Source: Mobula hypostoma (Eukaryota). From it: a DNA stretch of 64,000 nt. A program made the position numbers and the translations under genes. Below the pieces are notes generated by a model, which was not told the DNA's origin, made no database searches, and was given only the letters and a program-made list of their open reading frames with translations. The stretch spans positions 116,562,001 to 116,626,000 of the forward strand of contig NC_086097.1 of the NCBI RefSeq assembly GCF_963921235.1, written 5' to 3'. Below, piece after piece: positions 36,756-49,352 of the stretch. The stretch's first letter is position 1. Each line of letters starts with the position of its first letter.

Positions 36756-37779
36756 TATCTGTTCAACCGCCCTTTTTTTTCTGTGCAGAGCTCCATCACT
36801 AAATATGGCATGGATGTTGCTTTGGCTTCTGAACTTTTGCACAAGTACACTCTAGTCAAGTAGGGCCACTGTGAGTGTGAGTTGGGTTACCACTGTGAGT
36901 GTAAGTTGGGTTACCACTGATCGTAAATTCTGCACATATTATCATAAAATGAATATTGAGATCATGTTGCTCACTTAAAAGTTCTCCTGAAGATTTCTGG
37001 CAAAATTTACTTTTATCTTCAGTGTTAAAAAATCTTCATTCTTTCATATTTGCAGATTGCTGGAGTAAGATACAGACAAAAATATGGTGAATATAAAAAG
37101 CAAAGTATCTCCAGTGTTACTCTGCTCATTTCCTACAACATCCAAATGGCCTCTCTGAAATGCATCTTAATGTCAGATTTTCCATAATTTTCTGTTGTCA
37201 ATATATTGTAGCTAAACTCAGTTAAGCTCCTTTCAGTTGACAGAAATGAAGTGCTTAACTTATAGGTCACAGCTGAATTAAAACCAAGGCCTATTAATAA
37301 TAACTGTAGTTTCTGGGTGAAAATTTAACATTATGAACTATATATTTTGATGATCATAACTGCTGAATTTTTGATGTGGGTTCACATTAGTAATGAATGA
37401 TTATTAATAGCAGAGAAAACCTACTCATGATATCAGTTGTCAAAGGGATCATTTACCTGAATAGCAGAGGGCATTCTTTACCAGCAACTGTATGCACCAA
37501 GGGTTGGTAAAATCATACTTGAAACAGGATTTATTTCAATCACCCCGATAAAGTAATTTCTGTAGATTGTGGTACTGTTACTGCATCTTGGTAAAATTTA
37601 TTTTACAGGTGTCCCTGTCAGTGAAGGAGACAAGGTTAATGAAAACATATTTGGCAATAAGAGATGACACCAAATAAATTGAATACTTTTCATAATCTCA
37701 AAAAATACCAGAGAATCATTTTCTGACTGAACAATACTTGAAGTTATGAAAAATCTCTTATATTATTATTTCCAGCATA

Positions 37780-38294
37780 CACTCAGTGGCCACATAATTA
37801 GGTAGACATGTGTGCCTACTTGTTAATGCAAATAGCTAATTGGGCAATCATCTGGCAGCGACTCAATGCATTAAAGCATGCAGACATGGTCAAAAGGTTC
37901 AGTTGCTGTTCAGACCAAGCATCAGAATAAGTAAGAAATATGTTCTAAATGACATTGACTGTGGAATAATAATTGGCACAAGACGGGATGTTTTGAGTAT
38001 CTCAGAAACTGTTGATCTCCTGGGATTTTCATGTATAACAATCTCTAGAATTTATAGAGAATGGTGTGAAAAACTAAAGAACGTCTAGTGAGCAAAAATG
38101 CCTTGTTGATGAGAGAGGTCAGAGGAAGAGAATAGCCTGACTTTTTCAAGCTGACTGGAATGTACAGTAACTCAAATAGCCATGTATTACAGCAGTGGTG
38201 TTCAGAAATCACTTCTCTACACATAACACATTGGACCTTAGAGTAGATAAACTACAGCAGCAAAAGACCAAGAACATTCTCTCAGTGGCCACTT
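37780..38294 (+). mobile_element. Tc1-like deletion derivative
   Basis: TA plus CACTCAGTGGCCAC TIR; ORF 37840-38088 (LSISETVDLLGFS..ISRIYREW) is a paired-like HTH. Confidence 0.85.
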
Positions 38295-39059
38295 CAAACT
38301 TTGTACATATAGACAAAGTTTTCTGTCCAGAGTTAGCCTTGACAATTATACAAGTGTCCATTCAGAAGCCAACTGGTCATCTTTTCTGGACCACTGGGAA
38401 GGTTATTATTTTCTTCAAGATGTAGACATCACTTGGCAAAATGGAATAAGCAAAAAAGTGCTGTTTCTGCAGCAAACTCCCTTGTGTTGATCTGGAGGAA
38501 ATTGTCCCCTAATTCTCCATTGTTTGTCATTAACAGACCAAGACTTGGCACAGTAATGTTTGTTGAAAAGCTTAGTGCACCAATGATTATTTTATACATC
38601 TGTTATAAGGTACACAAAGGGAAAAATGATCTGGTGCTATTAAATATTGAACATTACAGCTAGGGCAATGGAAATCTGAGAGTGTGGAATTACCACATAT
38701 TGCATAGCGATTTAGATATAATTTGAAACTCACATATGGCCTAAAAATTCAATTGTGCATTCTATGCTTTTTAAATGTTACAGACTGAATTGCCCACAAA
38801 TTGCAATTGGTATATTATGGCATACTGAATAGTTCAGTTGTGCTTTCCTGGAATGTTCAAGTGCCTAAAGAAAGCAAAGCCTGCTTCAATGATATTTATT
38901 GTGCAACACATGTCTGATGCCCACTAATTGTGTTGGTTCACACATATGTGTTAAAATATTACCATATGGAATGCAAGAGGCAACTAAAAATGAGTATATC
39001 CAGCTGGAAGAAGACCTGTACCCGTGCAACTTGTTTACTCTCGTGACTCTTGTCATTAC

Positions 39060-39358
39060 TCAAAGTTCAAAGTAAATTTATTATCAAGGTGTATATATGT
39101 CAACATATACAATCTCGGGATTAATTTTCTTGCAGACGTTCACAAGAAAATAAAGAAACATAAGAAAATTCATGAAAAACTATACATAACAAAGACTGAC
39201 AAAGAGTCAATGTGGAAAAGAAGACAACTTGTGCAAATAGTAAAAAAAAATAGGTAATACTGAGAACCTGAGTTGCAGATTTCTTGAAAGTGAGCCCATG
39301 GGTCGTGGAATTAGCTTAGTGTTGAGGGGAATGAAGTTATCCATGCTGGTTCAGGAGC
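39060..39358 (-). mobile_element. Rex1/Babar-type 3'UTR fragment
   Basis: Same CAAAGTTCAAAGTAAATTTAT tail and 3'UTR as 39869-40480. Confidence 0.6.
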
Positions 39359-39469
39359 CGGGGGAGGGAGAGGGTGTGGAACCAAAGGCTCCTTTAATTT
39401 GAGAGAGTGATAGTTATTCTCAACTTTTAAAAGGACAGTTGATTTACTAGCAGGTTTGAAGGGTTTGTT

Positions 39470-39597
39470 TGTTCATTAAAGCGCTGTGTCGTATGACATG
39501 GGCAATCATGGTCTTTTCATGATCATGATTGTTCTTGGCAAATTTTTCAACAAAAGTGGTTTGCCATTGCTGTCTTCTGGGCAGAGTCTTTACAAGA
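39470..39597 (-). mobile_element. Short retroposon fragment with a BovA/RTE-like motif
   Basis: Minus strand CCCAGAAGACAGCAATGGCAAACCACTT, followed by a Vingi-like end ..CATACGACAC.. Confidence 0.4.
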
Positions 39598-39604
39598 TAA
39601 TAAT

Positions 39605-39755
39605 AGAATCTTGATTAGTAAGAGCATCTACGGTTACAGGGAAAAGACAAAAGAATGGGGTTGGGAGGGATAATACATCTGCCATGATGGAATGGCAGAA
39701 TGGACATGATGGACCAAATGGCCTAATACTGCTCATCTATATTATAGCTATATGG
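39605..39755 (+). mobile_element. CR1 3' end
   Basis: Decayed GGTTACAGGGAAAAG..GATGGACCAAATGGCCTAATACTGCTC 3'UTR. Confidence 0.6.
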
Positions 39756-39868
39756 TGTAATGGACTTGCTCAGAATGAGAGATTTCTGGAGATTCATGTT
39801 CTGATGGACACCAGGGTAGCGTAGTGGTCAGCAAAACACTATTACACCTGGGGAAGTCGGAGTTCAAT

Positions 39869-42321
39869 ATTCAAAGTTCAAAAGTTCAAAGTAAATTTAT
39901 CATCAAAGTACAAGGGGTGATTGATAAATTTGTGGTCTAAGGTAGAAGGAGTCAATTTTAGAAAACTTAGCACTATCGTTTTTCAACATAGTACCCTCCT
40001 ACATTTACACACTTAGTCCAGTGGTCATGGAGCACATGGATCCCTTCTTTGTAGAAGTCGGCATCTTGGACCTCCAGAAAGTGGTCCACAGCAGGGGTGA
40101 TTGATAAGTTTGTGGCCTAAGGTAGAAGGAGATGAGTTATTAACTTCAAACTTTCTGCATAATCACTCATACAGTTGAACTGCACATGCTGTATAACTCA
40201 TCTCCTTCTACCTTAGGCCACAAACTTCTCAATCACCCCTGCTGTGGATCACTTCTGGAGGTCCAAGACTCCAACTTCTACAAAGATGGGATCCGTATGC
40301 TCCACAACCGCTGGACTAAGTGTGTAAATGTAGGAAGGGACTATGCTGAAAAATAAATGTGCTAGGTTTTCTAAAATTGACTCCTTCTACCTCAGGCCAC
40401 AAACTTATCAATCACCCCTCGTACTTGTATGTCACCATATACAACCCTGAGATTCATTTTCTTGCAGGCATAATCAATAAATCTATAGGTCAATAGCCAT
40501 AAATGTGACAGTGTTTCATTTAGATGTGCTCGATGGTGGGGGTGAGGAGATTTACCTGTGATGGACTGCTTATATCCACTACTTTTTATAGGATTTTCCA
40601 TTCAAGGGCATTTGTGTTGCCATAACAGACTGTGATGTGGACAATCAATATGCCCTCCACTGCATATCTATAGAAATTTGTCGAAGTTTTAGATGTCTGT
40701 TGAATCTTTGCAAACCCTTGTGGAAGTAGAGGTGATGCCATGCTTTCTTCATAATTGCACTTACGTGCTGGGCCCAGGACAGGTCGTCCGAAATAACACT
40801 GAGGAATTTAAAGTTGCTGACTCCCTCCATCTCTGTTCCTCTGAAGAGTACAGGCTCATTGATCTCTGGTTTTCTTCTCCTGAAGTCAATGATAAGCTCC
40901 TTGGTCTTGCTGACATTGAGTAAGAGGTTGTTGGGTAGCACCACTCAACCGGGTTTTCAATCTCCCGCCTACGACAATCAGCATTTTATTTGGCCTATGA
41001 CAGTGCTATCATCAGCAAACTTGGAGCTGTGCTTAGCTACAAAGTCAAAAGTGCAGCAGGGGGCTAAGCACATAGCTTTGTGGTTCACCTGTGCTGATGG
41101 AGATCATGGAGGATATCTTGTTGTCAATCAAAATTGACTGGAGTCTCTAAGCAAGGAAATAAGGATCCAATTATACAAGTAAGTATTGAGGCCAAGGTCT
41201 TGGAGCTTATAGATTAGTTTTAGGGGATTGATTGTATTGAATGCGGAGCTGTCATCAATAAAGAGCATCCTGACTGGAGTGGATCCAAGTCGCTTCTCAG
41301 GCAAGAGTTGATATGTTTCATCACCCACCTCTCAAAACTCTTCATCACTGTGGATGTAAGTGCTACTGGATAATAGTCATTGAGGCAGGTCATCACACTC
41401 TTCTTGGGCACCAAACTGAAGCCTGCTTGAAGCATGCCCGTACTTCAGACTGCCAGAGTGAGAGGTTAAAGATCTCAGTGAACACTCCAAACATTTGACC
41501 AGCACAGGTCTTTAGAACTTGACCGGGAACCCCATCTGGGCCGGATGTTTTCTGTTGGTTCACACTCCTGGAGTCTGCTCACACATCACCCTCGGAGACT
41601 AAAATCATAGGATTATCTGGGGCTCTGAGAGTTTATGATGTTTCCTCCATCTTTTGACAGTCAAAGTGAGCATAGAAGGCATTGAGCTGATCTGGAAGCA
41701 AAGCCCTGACGTGGTCTATGTTGCTTGATAAGAGGTGATAGTATTCAAGCCCTGCCACAACTTTTGAACGTCCTTCATTAATTCAAGTTTAGTCCGGAAT
41801 TGCGACTTCACCTATGAGATGGTTTTCTGGAGATCATACCTGGATCTCTTATAACTTCCTTGGTCACCAGACTTGAATGCCTCCAAATCTGGCTCTCAGC
41901 AGATTGCAGTTCACCCAGGGCTTCTGACTCGGGAAGACTCTAAATGATTTTGTGGGGATGCATTCATCTACAACTGTGTTAGTGAAGTCCATAACAACTA
42001 TTCGGATCCATAGATGAGTCCTTGAACACCACCCAGTGCATTGACTCGAAGCAATTCAGTAGGCACTCCTCTGTCCCCTGTAACCACCTCGTTGTTGTCC
42101 TTATCTCGGGTGCTTTGGTCTTTAGCCTTTGCCTGTATGCATGTAGGAGAAGGATAGCCAAGTGGTCAGATTTACTGAAATGTACGGTCTGGGCACAGAA
42201 CAGTAGGCATTCCTTATCTTAGTACAACAGTGGTCTAGTGTGTAGGAACCTCTGGTGCTGCAGGTTATATGCTGCTGTCAATTCGGCAGGGTTTTCTTCA
42301 AACAAGCCTGATTGATTGATT
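39869..42321 (-). mobile_element. Decayed Rex1/Babar LINE (part of APE plus RT plus 3'UTR)
   Basis: ORFs with [31 protein letters not shown] and LNVSKTKELIIDFRR; (TTTGAAC)n tail. Confidence 0.85.
39911..40421. mobile_element. Palindromic mariner-derived MITE (511 bp)
   Basis: TA TSDs at 39909-39910 and 40422-40423; ~40-bp TIR C(G/A)AGGGGTGATTGATAA..GTAGAAGGAG; each arm carries the mariner C-terminus (40276-40356: FYKDGIRMLHNRWTKCVNVGRDYAEK*). Confidence 0.92.
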
Positions 42322-43060
42322 GGAGGTCTGAGTTCAATTCCAACGTCATCTGTAAGGAGTCTGCATGGAATTTCCTTGGGTGCTCCCGTTTCCTCCCACA
42401 GTCCAAAGATGTACCAATTACTAGGTTAATTGGTGATTGTAAATTTTCCTATGATTAGGCTAAAGTTAAATCAGGGATTGCTGGTTGGTACAGCTTGAAG
42501 GGCTGAAAGGGCCTATTCCATGCTGTACTTCAATAAATATATATTTTCTTGAAAAATAAGCTGAATACTTAAACAATATGCACAGAGGAGATTCTTCTAG
42601 TGTGAGCATTGCCCTAGTATGAGATCACCACCAAAAACATACACATTGAGCAAGCTTTCATCACTCTTTCATTCTGAAGCAATCAGATTAGCTGAAGAAT
42701 AAATAGAATTGGCCCTATGGATCCACAAGGAGCAGATTAGGTGCTAACCTGTTTCCTGAATCATTCAGAAGATTCCCTGCCATACCCTTCATGGAGGTAC
42801 TCACTCTTTATTGTCTTTTCAGTGATATGAAAATAATATAAACAACATGCAGAAGGGGAAGAGGATGATGTAGGGATAGATGAAAATAACAAGCAAGGAT
42901 GAGGCAAGATTTTCTCTGACGATGTTATCAGGATGTGCCTTACTTCCTTGGGATACCATACCTTTTCATGACTCCTCATACAGAGATGTAGCATGTACCT
43001 GTCAGCATCAAGACCATATTGGGCAGAATTCATATGATAAGTAACAAGTTAACATTATAC

Positions 43061-43191
43061 CTTCATCTGGGTCTCAGCACAAAATATCAACTCTTTATCC
43101 CTTTCCATAGATGCTGCCTGACATGTTGAGTTCCTCTAGCATTTTGTATGTGATACTCTGGATTTTCAGCATCTGCAAAATCTCGTGTTTA
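43061..43191 (+). mobile_element. Penelope terminal-module insert
   Basis: GGGTCTCAGCAC..TTTCCATAGATGCTGCCTGAC..GAGTTCCTCTAGCA..CAGCATCTGCA; degenerate 15-bp flanking duplication at 43046-43060 and 43192-43206. Confidence 0.7.
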
Positions 43192-43214
43192 AAGTTCACA
43201 TCATGCTCTTCGAG

Positions 43215-43560
43215 GATGGAATATTGTTTGCATTAACTGACAGGAAGCATCGTCATTACCACTTGACATTGAATGGCATTCCCATTGCCAATTTCATCAT
43301 AACATCAACCCAAGATACCACAGACCAGACACTGATCTGTTCAGTTACGTAATTACTGGGGAGCATACCACATTAACAAGTCCAGTGAGCAACTCCACTC
43401 ATAGTTCCACCATTTGAGATGTAAGACTGTTTTCAAACACTGAAAAATAACCTCTACTTTTCACAATGAGTGAAGCTTACAAAATATTGATGGAAGTCTA
43501 ACTAAGAACTTATAATTCATTCCATGAAAAGCAGCTTGCTGCATTACTATTCACAATAGT
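43215..43560 (+). mobile_element. Old CR1-like fragment
   Basis: CCACTTGACATTGAATGGCATT.. resembles the PLTFNGI..DQKLNW region of shark CR1-type RT. Confidence 0.4.
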
Positions 43561-44310
43561 CGCCCTGAACTTTCATTGCAGGTGAACAATGATGCCAGGA
43601 CTTGCTGGCAATTCATCAAGGCTCCTTTCCCAATATAATCAAAGATGCATCCTGCCAATATTGTAATAAAATATGTCTTAAAATTTGTTCTTTGTTCTTT
43701 CCTGATTCAGCAGCAGGAAGTATTCCAAACAAAGGAGGCAACATGGACATGTTAAAGGTTATCAAAAACTTCTTTATTAGTATTAAGTAATGTCCCCTCA
43801 TTAATCACCTCACTAAAATACAGAAGGAAAAATTTCTTATCAATCAATCAGTTAATGAAGTGATTCATACACGGTCAGAGGAAAACCCAGGCTCAGTTCC
43901 TCTCCCTTTCCCTCTCCCTCTCCTTCCCCCTCTCACTCATACTCTCCAGCCTAAGGCAAGATTCCAATTGCACAAAGATACAATCCTTTTTAATATCCTT
44001 AAAACCCCTTACCCAAGTACTTTTCCATGGTACATGATGGTATCTTCTTATCCCTTGGCACATAACTTGAGCCAGAGTCATCAAGTTTTGCAGAACATGT
44101 TTTTTACCATTTACTGTTAACTGCTTTCCAGGTTAGGTACCAGGACTGCAGTATATTCTCGAAACATTCCCTACATTCTGAGCTGACACCCTTTTGCCTC
44201 ACATATTTTTGCACAAACTAAACAGGAATCAAATATAACTTCTAGAAAGTTTAACTGTCTCTTTCCAAATGCCTGCCTAGAAAAGCAAGTACAGCTGTCA
44301 GTTAAGCACT

Positions 44311-44404
44311 CTTTTTTCCATAGATACTGCCTGGCTTACTGAGTTCCTCCAGCATCTTGTGTGTGTTGCTTGGATTTCTAGCATCTGCAGACTTCCTCAT
44401 GCTT
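44311..44404 (+). mobile_element. Penelope terminal-module insert (94 bp)
   Basis: Exact 9-bp TSD TTAAGCACT at 44302-44310 and 44405-44413; closely matches 58866-58960. Confidence 0.85.
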
Positions 44405-44889
44405 TTAAGCACTTACAGGTTAGGTACTTTCATCATGAATTCAATGGAAGGTGTCCTCTTGAATGGGTATTGACATCACCCAATCTCTTGAACAAAGAAA
44501 GTCAAAGAAGAAGTTTTTTACCAGATTGTTAATACATTGTACCTACTCCCCTCCATGTATGTTGGATTTTTCCTTGTTTATTTGAATATCTGCTGGACAT
44601 TACCATTCGTTTTTTTTTGTCTTCATCTTCAGATTGTGGGGATACTATGCAAACATTTTCCGTTCCCATAAAATCAACAACCCCGCTATCTTCACTCCCC
44701 ACTTCCTCATAAAGGAGGAGAGATCTAAACTATCTCTTTTTCGTATATCTTCCATTTCTTATCATTTCCTTCTTCAATCTATTTAATTCTTCCCTACAAT
44801 AATTAAAAACTAGCTTTTCCTTCAATATTCCCACTAACAACTTGATGTTTCTTTTGCTGCCACCTCCCCCCCCCCCGCCCCACTTCCGT

Positions 44890-45085
44890 CACATACCTGC
44901 ACTAGGAGCCATGTATGATTCACACCAATTGGCAAGTCTTTTGAATGTCAGAGGAATCTGGTGCTCCTGGAGGAATTCCAAGCATTCACAGGGAGAACAT
45001 GAGTAGTACCAGATGTCAGAATCAAACTCGGGTTCTGAGAGCTGTGAATCATCTGCACAGCCTGCTGCATTATTAGTAAATGCCA
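44890..45085 (-). mobile_element. Decayed V-SINE
   Basis: GTCTTTTGAATGTCAGAGGAATCTGGTGCTCCTGGAGGAA is a V-domain reverse complement. Confidence 0.5.
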
Positions 45086-46967
45086 CCCATTTTCTAATAC
45101 TGTTGTCCATCATTATTCCCTCTTATTGTTTCATGCTCAACTGTCAGGGGAAACCATGTCATCCTCTCTTCTCTAGTCAAATCCTACGATGAAAATTCAC
45201 TTTCCAGGGCCAAGAGACTTATTGCTAACCTCAAATTTCAAGCACAGCCACATGACCTTTCTAAAGGGATAGAGTTGTTTTTGACCAAGTTAAACTTCTA
45301 ACTAATAGTCCTTGCTCAGCTTCCTGTTGTAAAAAAAGTAAACAGTGAGAACTTGTATAAAAGTATAAGACAATGGAGGTCTGTTAATTGGCCTGCATGA
45401 ATCCAGACAACACTGGCTGAGTTATTTTCACCATTGTGACTGAGTTCAAGGAAGCCTGTAATCTAGACTAATGTTGTCACTTAGCATATCAAACGTAGTT
45501 ACAAGTATAGTAGATCAATCAATAGTTGGGATATTTATGTTCTCCGAGGATCAGTCCTCACAGCATTACTTTTGGGTGTCTGGGATCTCTGTCCCCAGAA
45601 GCTTTTTGACCATCTGTGTGAATTACTTTGTCCCAGCAAACGTATCTGAGAAGCATCACATGTGGATCATGTCAAACAGTGACAAAACAGTATAAATGTT
45701 AGAAAATATTGGGGATTGTTAGAATAACAAGGACAATGACAGAAAAGTGGGGTATAACAAAAAGAAGAACTAGAATTCATTCCTTAACCTTAGGTTTCTG
45801 TGACAACCGACTCATTCGTCTGCACTCATTGATATGTTCTTTTAGTTTGTAAGAATTGTACCTGTGTTTGTAAATCCTTTGTATTTTATAAATTTTTTGG
45901 AATTTTGACATAGTTTATTAAACATAAATCATCCGTGAGTGTTAAATATGTGTTAAGGTGAATTCATCTAAATTTAAATGTATATCATTTAAAATAAACT
46001 GTGCTTAAACTACTTCGTTAGCTGAAAGTATCTCCTCCGCGGTAGGGAAGTGGTGCCCACTACACAGGTAGAGGGTATTGGTGGTTAGACCTCACTGCAG
46101 TGACGAGACAGGAATGTCAGTTAGTCATTGAAGAGCAGGTTGACACAGTATGACATCCTGTAGTGAAGGTATCCTTAGATGCCTATATCGTAGAGGCTTA
46201 AAATGTCCTTTTGAGTTTAGTGTTTTGTGAACAGTGAAGCCAATACTGTCACAAACTTACCTGACAGAACTATTAAAGTCTAAGGAAATAATACTACTTT
46301 TCTCTTCTCTCAAGATAATTGAAAAAAACTTAAACAGCATCGTTTTAGAAACAACTCTCCACAAACCTTGGCAGCATTTATAAAGTATAGCGCAAAACGT
46401 TGGTTGAACATTATTGTGATTTGATTAATGAAAGTTCAGCCTAACTACCTTGCCTTTGTACTCTATGCCTCAATAAATCTAGTCAGGGATTTTTCATCAT
46501 CAGATTATAATTTGGGTATATGAGCATACCCTCAGATTCTTTGCCATTTTTAAAACTAATTTAATTTATACTTTGTCTTGTTAATTCACCTTGCTTTTTT
46601 GTGCACTAAGTAGCAAAAGAAACATTGTCTGTTGCTGCTTATTTCTTTCCCAATCTGTCAATGTTCTTCTGACTCCATTATAGTCCTTAGAATTCTAAAG
46701 ATTTATGTTATTTGCCTCTATACCAGATCACTATTTGCTCACAGAATTTTCCAGGAGTAATGAAAATCTATTGCTGTTCAATCTGTTAAATCCATTATTA
46801 CCCTGCAGCACAGAGCTCAGTGATTGTAAATTCCACAAAAGTGCCTTGATGACTGGCTAGCAAGGCTAAATATGGTCAATGGATCATCAATGTAATCAAA
46901 CAACTGGAATATTTGCAAATGCACATGGTATCTCCTTTCAAACACATTTAGGACAACTAAAGACATA

Positions 46968-47505
46968 CACTCAGTGACTACTTTATTAGGCACACCTGTA
47001 CACCTGATCATTAATGCAAATATCTCATCAGCCAATCATGTGGCATCAACACGATGCATAAAGGCATGTAGACATAGCCAAGAGATTCAGTTGCTGTTCA
47101 GTCTAAATTTCAGAATGGGGAACAAAAGTGACTGTGACTGTGGAATGATTGTTGATGCCAGGCGGGTTGGTTTGAGTATTTCAGAAACTGCTGAACTAGA
47201 ATTTTCATGTACAACAGTCTCTAGAGTTTACAGAGAATGGTGTGAAAACAAAAAAAAATCCAGTGAGCAGCACTTCTGTGGGTGAAAATGCTTTATTAAT
47301 GAGAGAATTTATAGGAATTGCGGTTCAATCTGACAGTAAGGCAACAGTAACTCAAATGACCATGCATTATAACAATGGTGTGCGGAAGATCATCAAACAC
47401 AGAACACTTTGAACTTTGAAGTGGATGGGTCAGCAGCAGAAATCAACAAAAACATACATTCAGTGGCCACTTTATTAGGCACATGAAGTACTGAGTGCCT
47501 AAGTG
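46968..47505 (+). mobile_element. Tc1-like deletion derivative
   Basis: TA plus TIR; ORF 46974-47285 (MGNKSD..GMIVDARRVGLSISETA..TVSRVYREW); second TIR near 47458. Confidence 0.85.
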
Positions 47506-48394
47506 TAAATACACAGAGTCTATTTTTCTATTACTGTACAAAGTAAAAGATATTGAAACCTAGCTGAGACGCAACGGGAAGTTCATGCACACTTCTGTGG
47601 GAACCCCATTATTTTTTACATCATTGACATAAATATGGGCAGGTTTATGTAGAATTTTCAACTTGCTTCAGGAAAGAGCAGACTATTATACTGAAATTAA
47701 ACAGGAAAATGGTCCTAACATTGTCACTTGGGGAACCCCACTGCAAGCTACACTCTAGACTGAAAAGGAATAACTCTTCAGTGCTTCCTGTGTCACAAGA
47801 AGTGCCATAACCCCATGATTTTCTAACTTGCTTTCGTTTATTATGAGTCATATTATCAATCGCATTTTGAAAAACATAATGCACATCCGTAGCATTGCCT
47901 TCACCAACTCACTTCATCATTGAATTGAACAGCTCAATAAAGTTAAACCAATAACATCTTTAACAAATGTATGCTGACTGTCGTGAACTTCTAGGTGAAA
48001 ACTAATTTTGTAAATAATCACTGTATGTAATTTCAACTTCTCTCAATTTGTTGGTCCATTGTCGACTTACAAAACTTAACAGTCTTGAGTTTTCCATTAG
48101 CGACATCAAAATATTAACACCACCCTTTTATGTTCCTGACAAATGCAGTTGAAAGTACTTTCATGATAGAAACTTGAAATCCATAAAATTTAATTGAAAT
48201 TTCGTTTCTACAAGTTTGAATTATTTTATTTTAACTCTTACAATCCTGGAAATGCTGTCATTTAAAAAGCCATTTTTAAATATTATGCCATTTGATGTAG
48301 TTAACTTAAAACTCCTTGAATTCTTTATGTGACATACTTATTAATAAAAATATCCAGTATACTAATTCTGCTGCACATACCTTGGGAACTAACG

Positions 48395-48660
48395 TCAGAA
48401 ATAGACAGCATGTTTGAACAATTTCACCAATGATTTCACTGCGCCAGCACAACCTCTGGAAAATTGAGGAAAAACATTCGGAAAATCAAGACCTCAAACG
48501 CAGCGCAAAATTCATGCTCTTTTAGTTGGGTAGTAATTCCTGCCCTCCTGTATACTTCTGAGACCTAGACTATCCGCAGCAGGCACTTTAAGTCATTGGA
48601 GAGATACAAGAAATGGCTTCACAAAATCCTCTCAAGTACTGGCGAGATTAATAAGCTAGA
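48395..48660 (+). mobile_element. RTE-clade LINE fragment
   Basis: Decayed AST..GKLRK..K..VIPALLYTSET*T..LERY..KIL segment. Confidence 0.65.
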
Positions 48661-48725
48661 ATCAACCTCCCTTCCAGTGTTAAACCCTGATGAAACTCAG
48701 CTGGTTTTGCTGGGAAGGCCACCTC

Positions 48726-49352
48726 ATTCAGAATCAGCTTTAATATCACCGACATATGTCACAAAGCAAACCATACTGTAAATTGCAAGAAGAAACATAT
48801 ATAAAAATTAAATTAAATAAGTAGTGCAGAAAGACAGCAAATATAGTGAGGTTGCATTTATAAGTTGACTGGTAAGTCTGTTGAGAAATCTGATGGCAGA
48901 GGGGAAGAAGCTGTTTGTAAAATGTTGAATGTGTGTGCTCAAGCTCCTGTACCTCCTCCCTAATGGGGGTAGTTAGAAGGCAGCATGTCCTGAATGATGG
49001 GCATCCTTAATGATGGATGCCATGCTTTTTGAGGCCTTGCCTCTTGAGGGTGTCTTCAATGCTGGGGAGACTAGTGCTTATGATCGACCTGGCTGTGCTT
49101 GCAACCCTCCTGCAGCTTTTTATGATTCTGAGCAGTGACCCCCTCTATACCAGAATGTGACGCAGCCAGTTAGAATGCTCCCCATGGTACTTCTGCAGAA
49201 ATTTGTCAGAGTCTTTGATCAGATACCAAATCTCCTCAAATTCCTAGCTGCCAACATGCCTTCTTTGCAATCACATCAATATGCTGGACTGAGAATAGAT
49301 CTTCAGAAATGTTGACAAACAAGAACTTGAAAATGGTCACCCTTTCCACTGC
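48726..49352 (-). mobile_element. Rex1/Babar 3' fragment
   Basis: ATTCAGAATCAG tail on +; reverse complement of the SILTGC..WY..IIKD..H..LP..RRY region. Confidence 0.75.

Larger units (their letters stand above)
39812..42535 (+). mobile_element. V-SINE/HE1-like SINE split by a LINE (halves 39812-39868 and 42322-42535)
   Basis: A box TAGCGTAGTGG on the left; B box, V domain and CR1-type tail on the right; 17-bp imperfect TSD. Confidence 0.75.

Noticed and set aside
37040..37640. Plus-strand microexon candidates at 37056-37064 and near 37609-37634
   Set aside because: Donors are weak or the match is at chance level; nothing else supports them.
42761..43033. 90-aa ORF and acidic plus-strand stretch as a host exon
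   Set aside because: No recognisable domain and no coherent splice-site pair.
45799..46253. TGTGACA..TGTCACA-bounded segment as an LTR
   Set aside because: No TSD and no second copy in the window.
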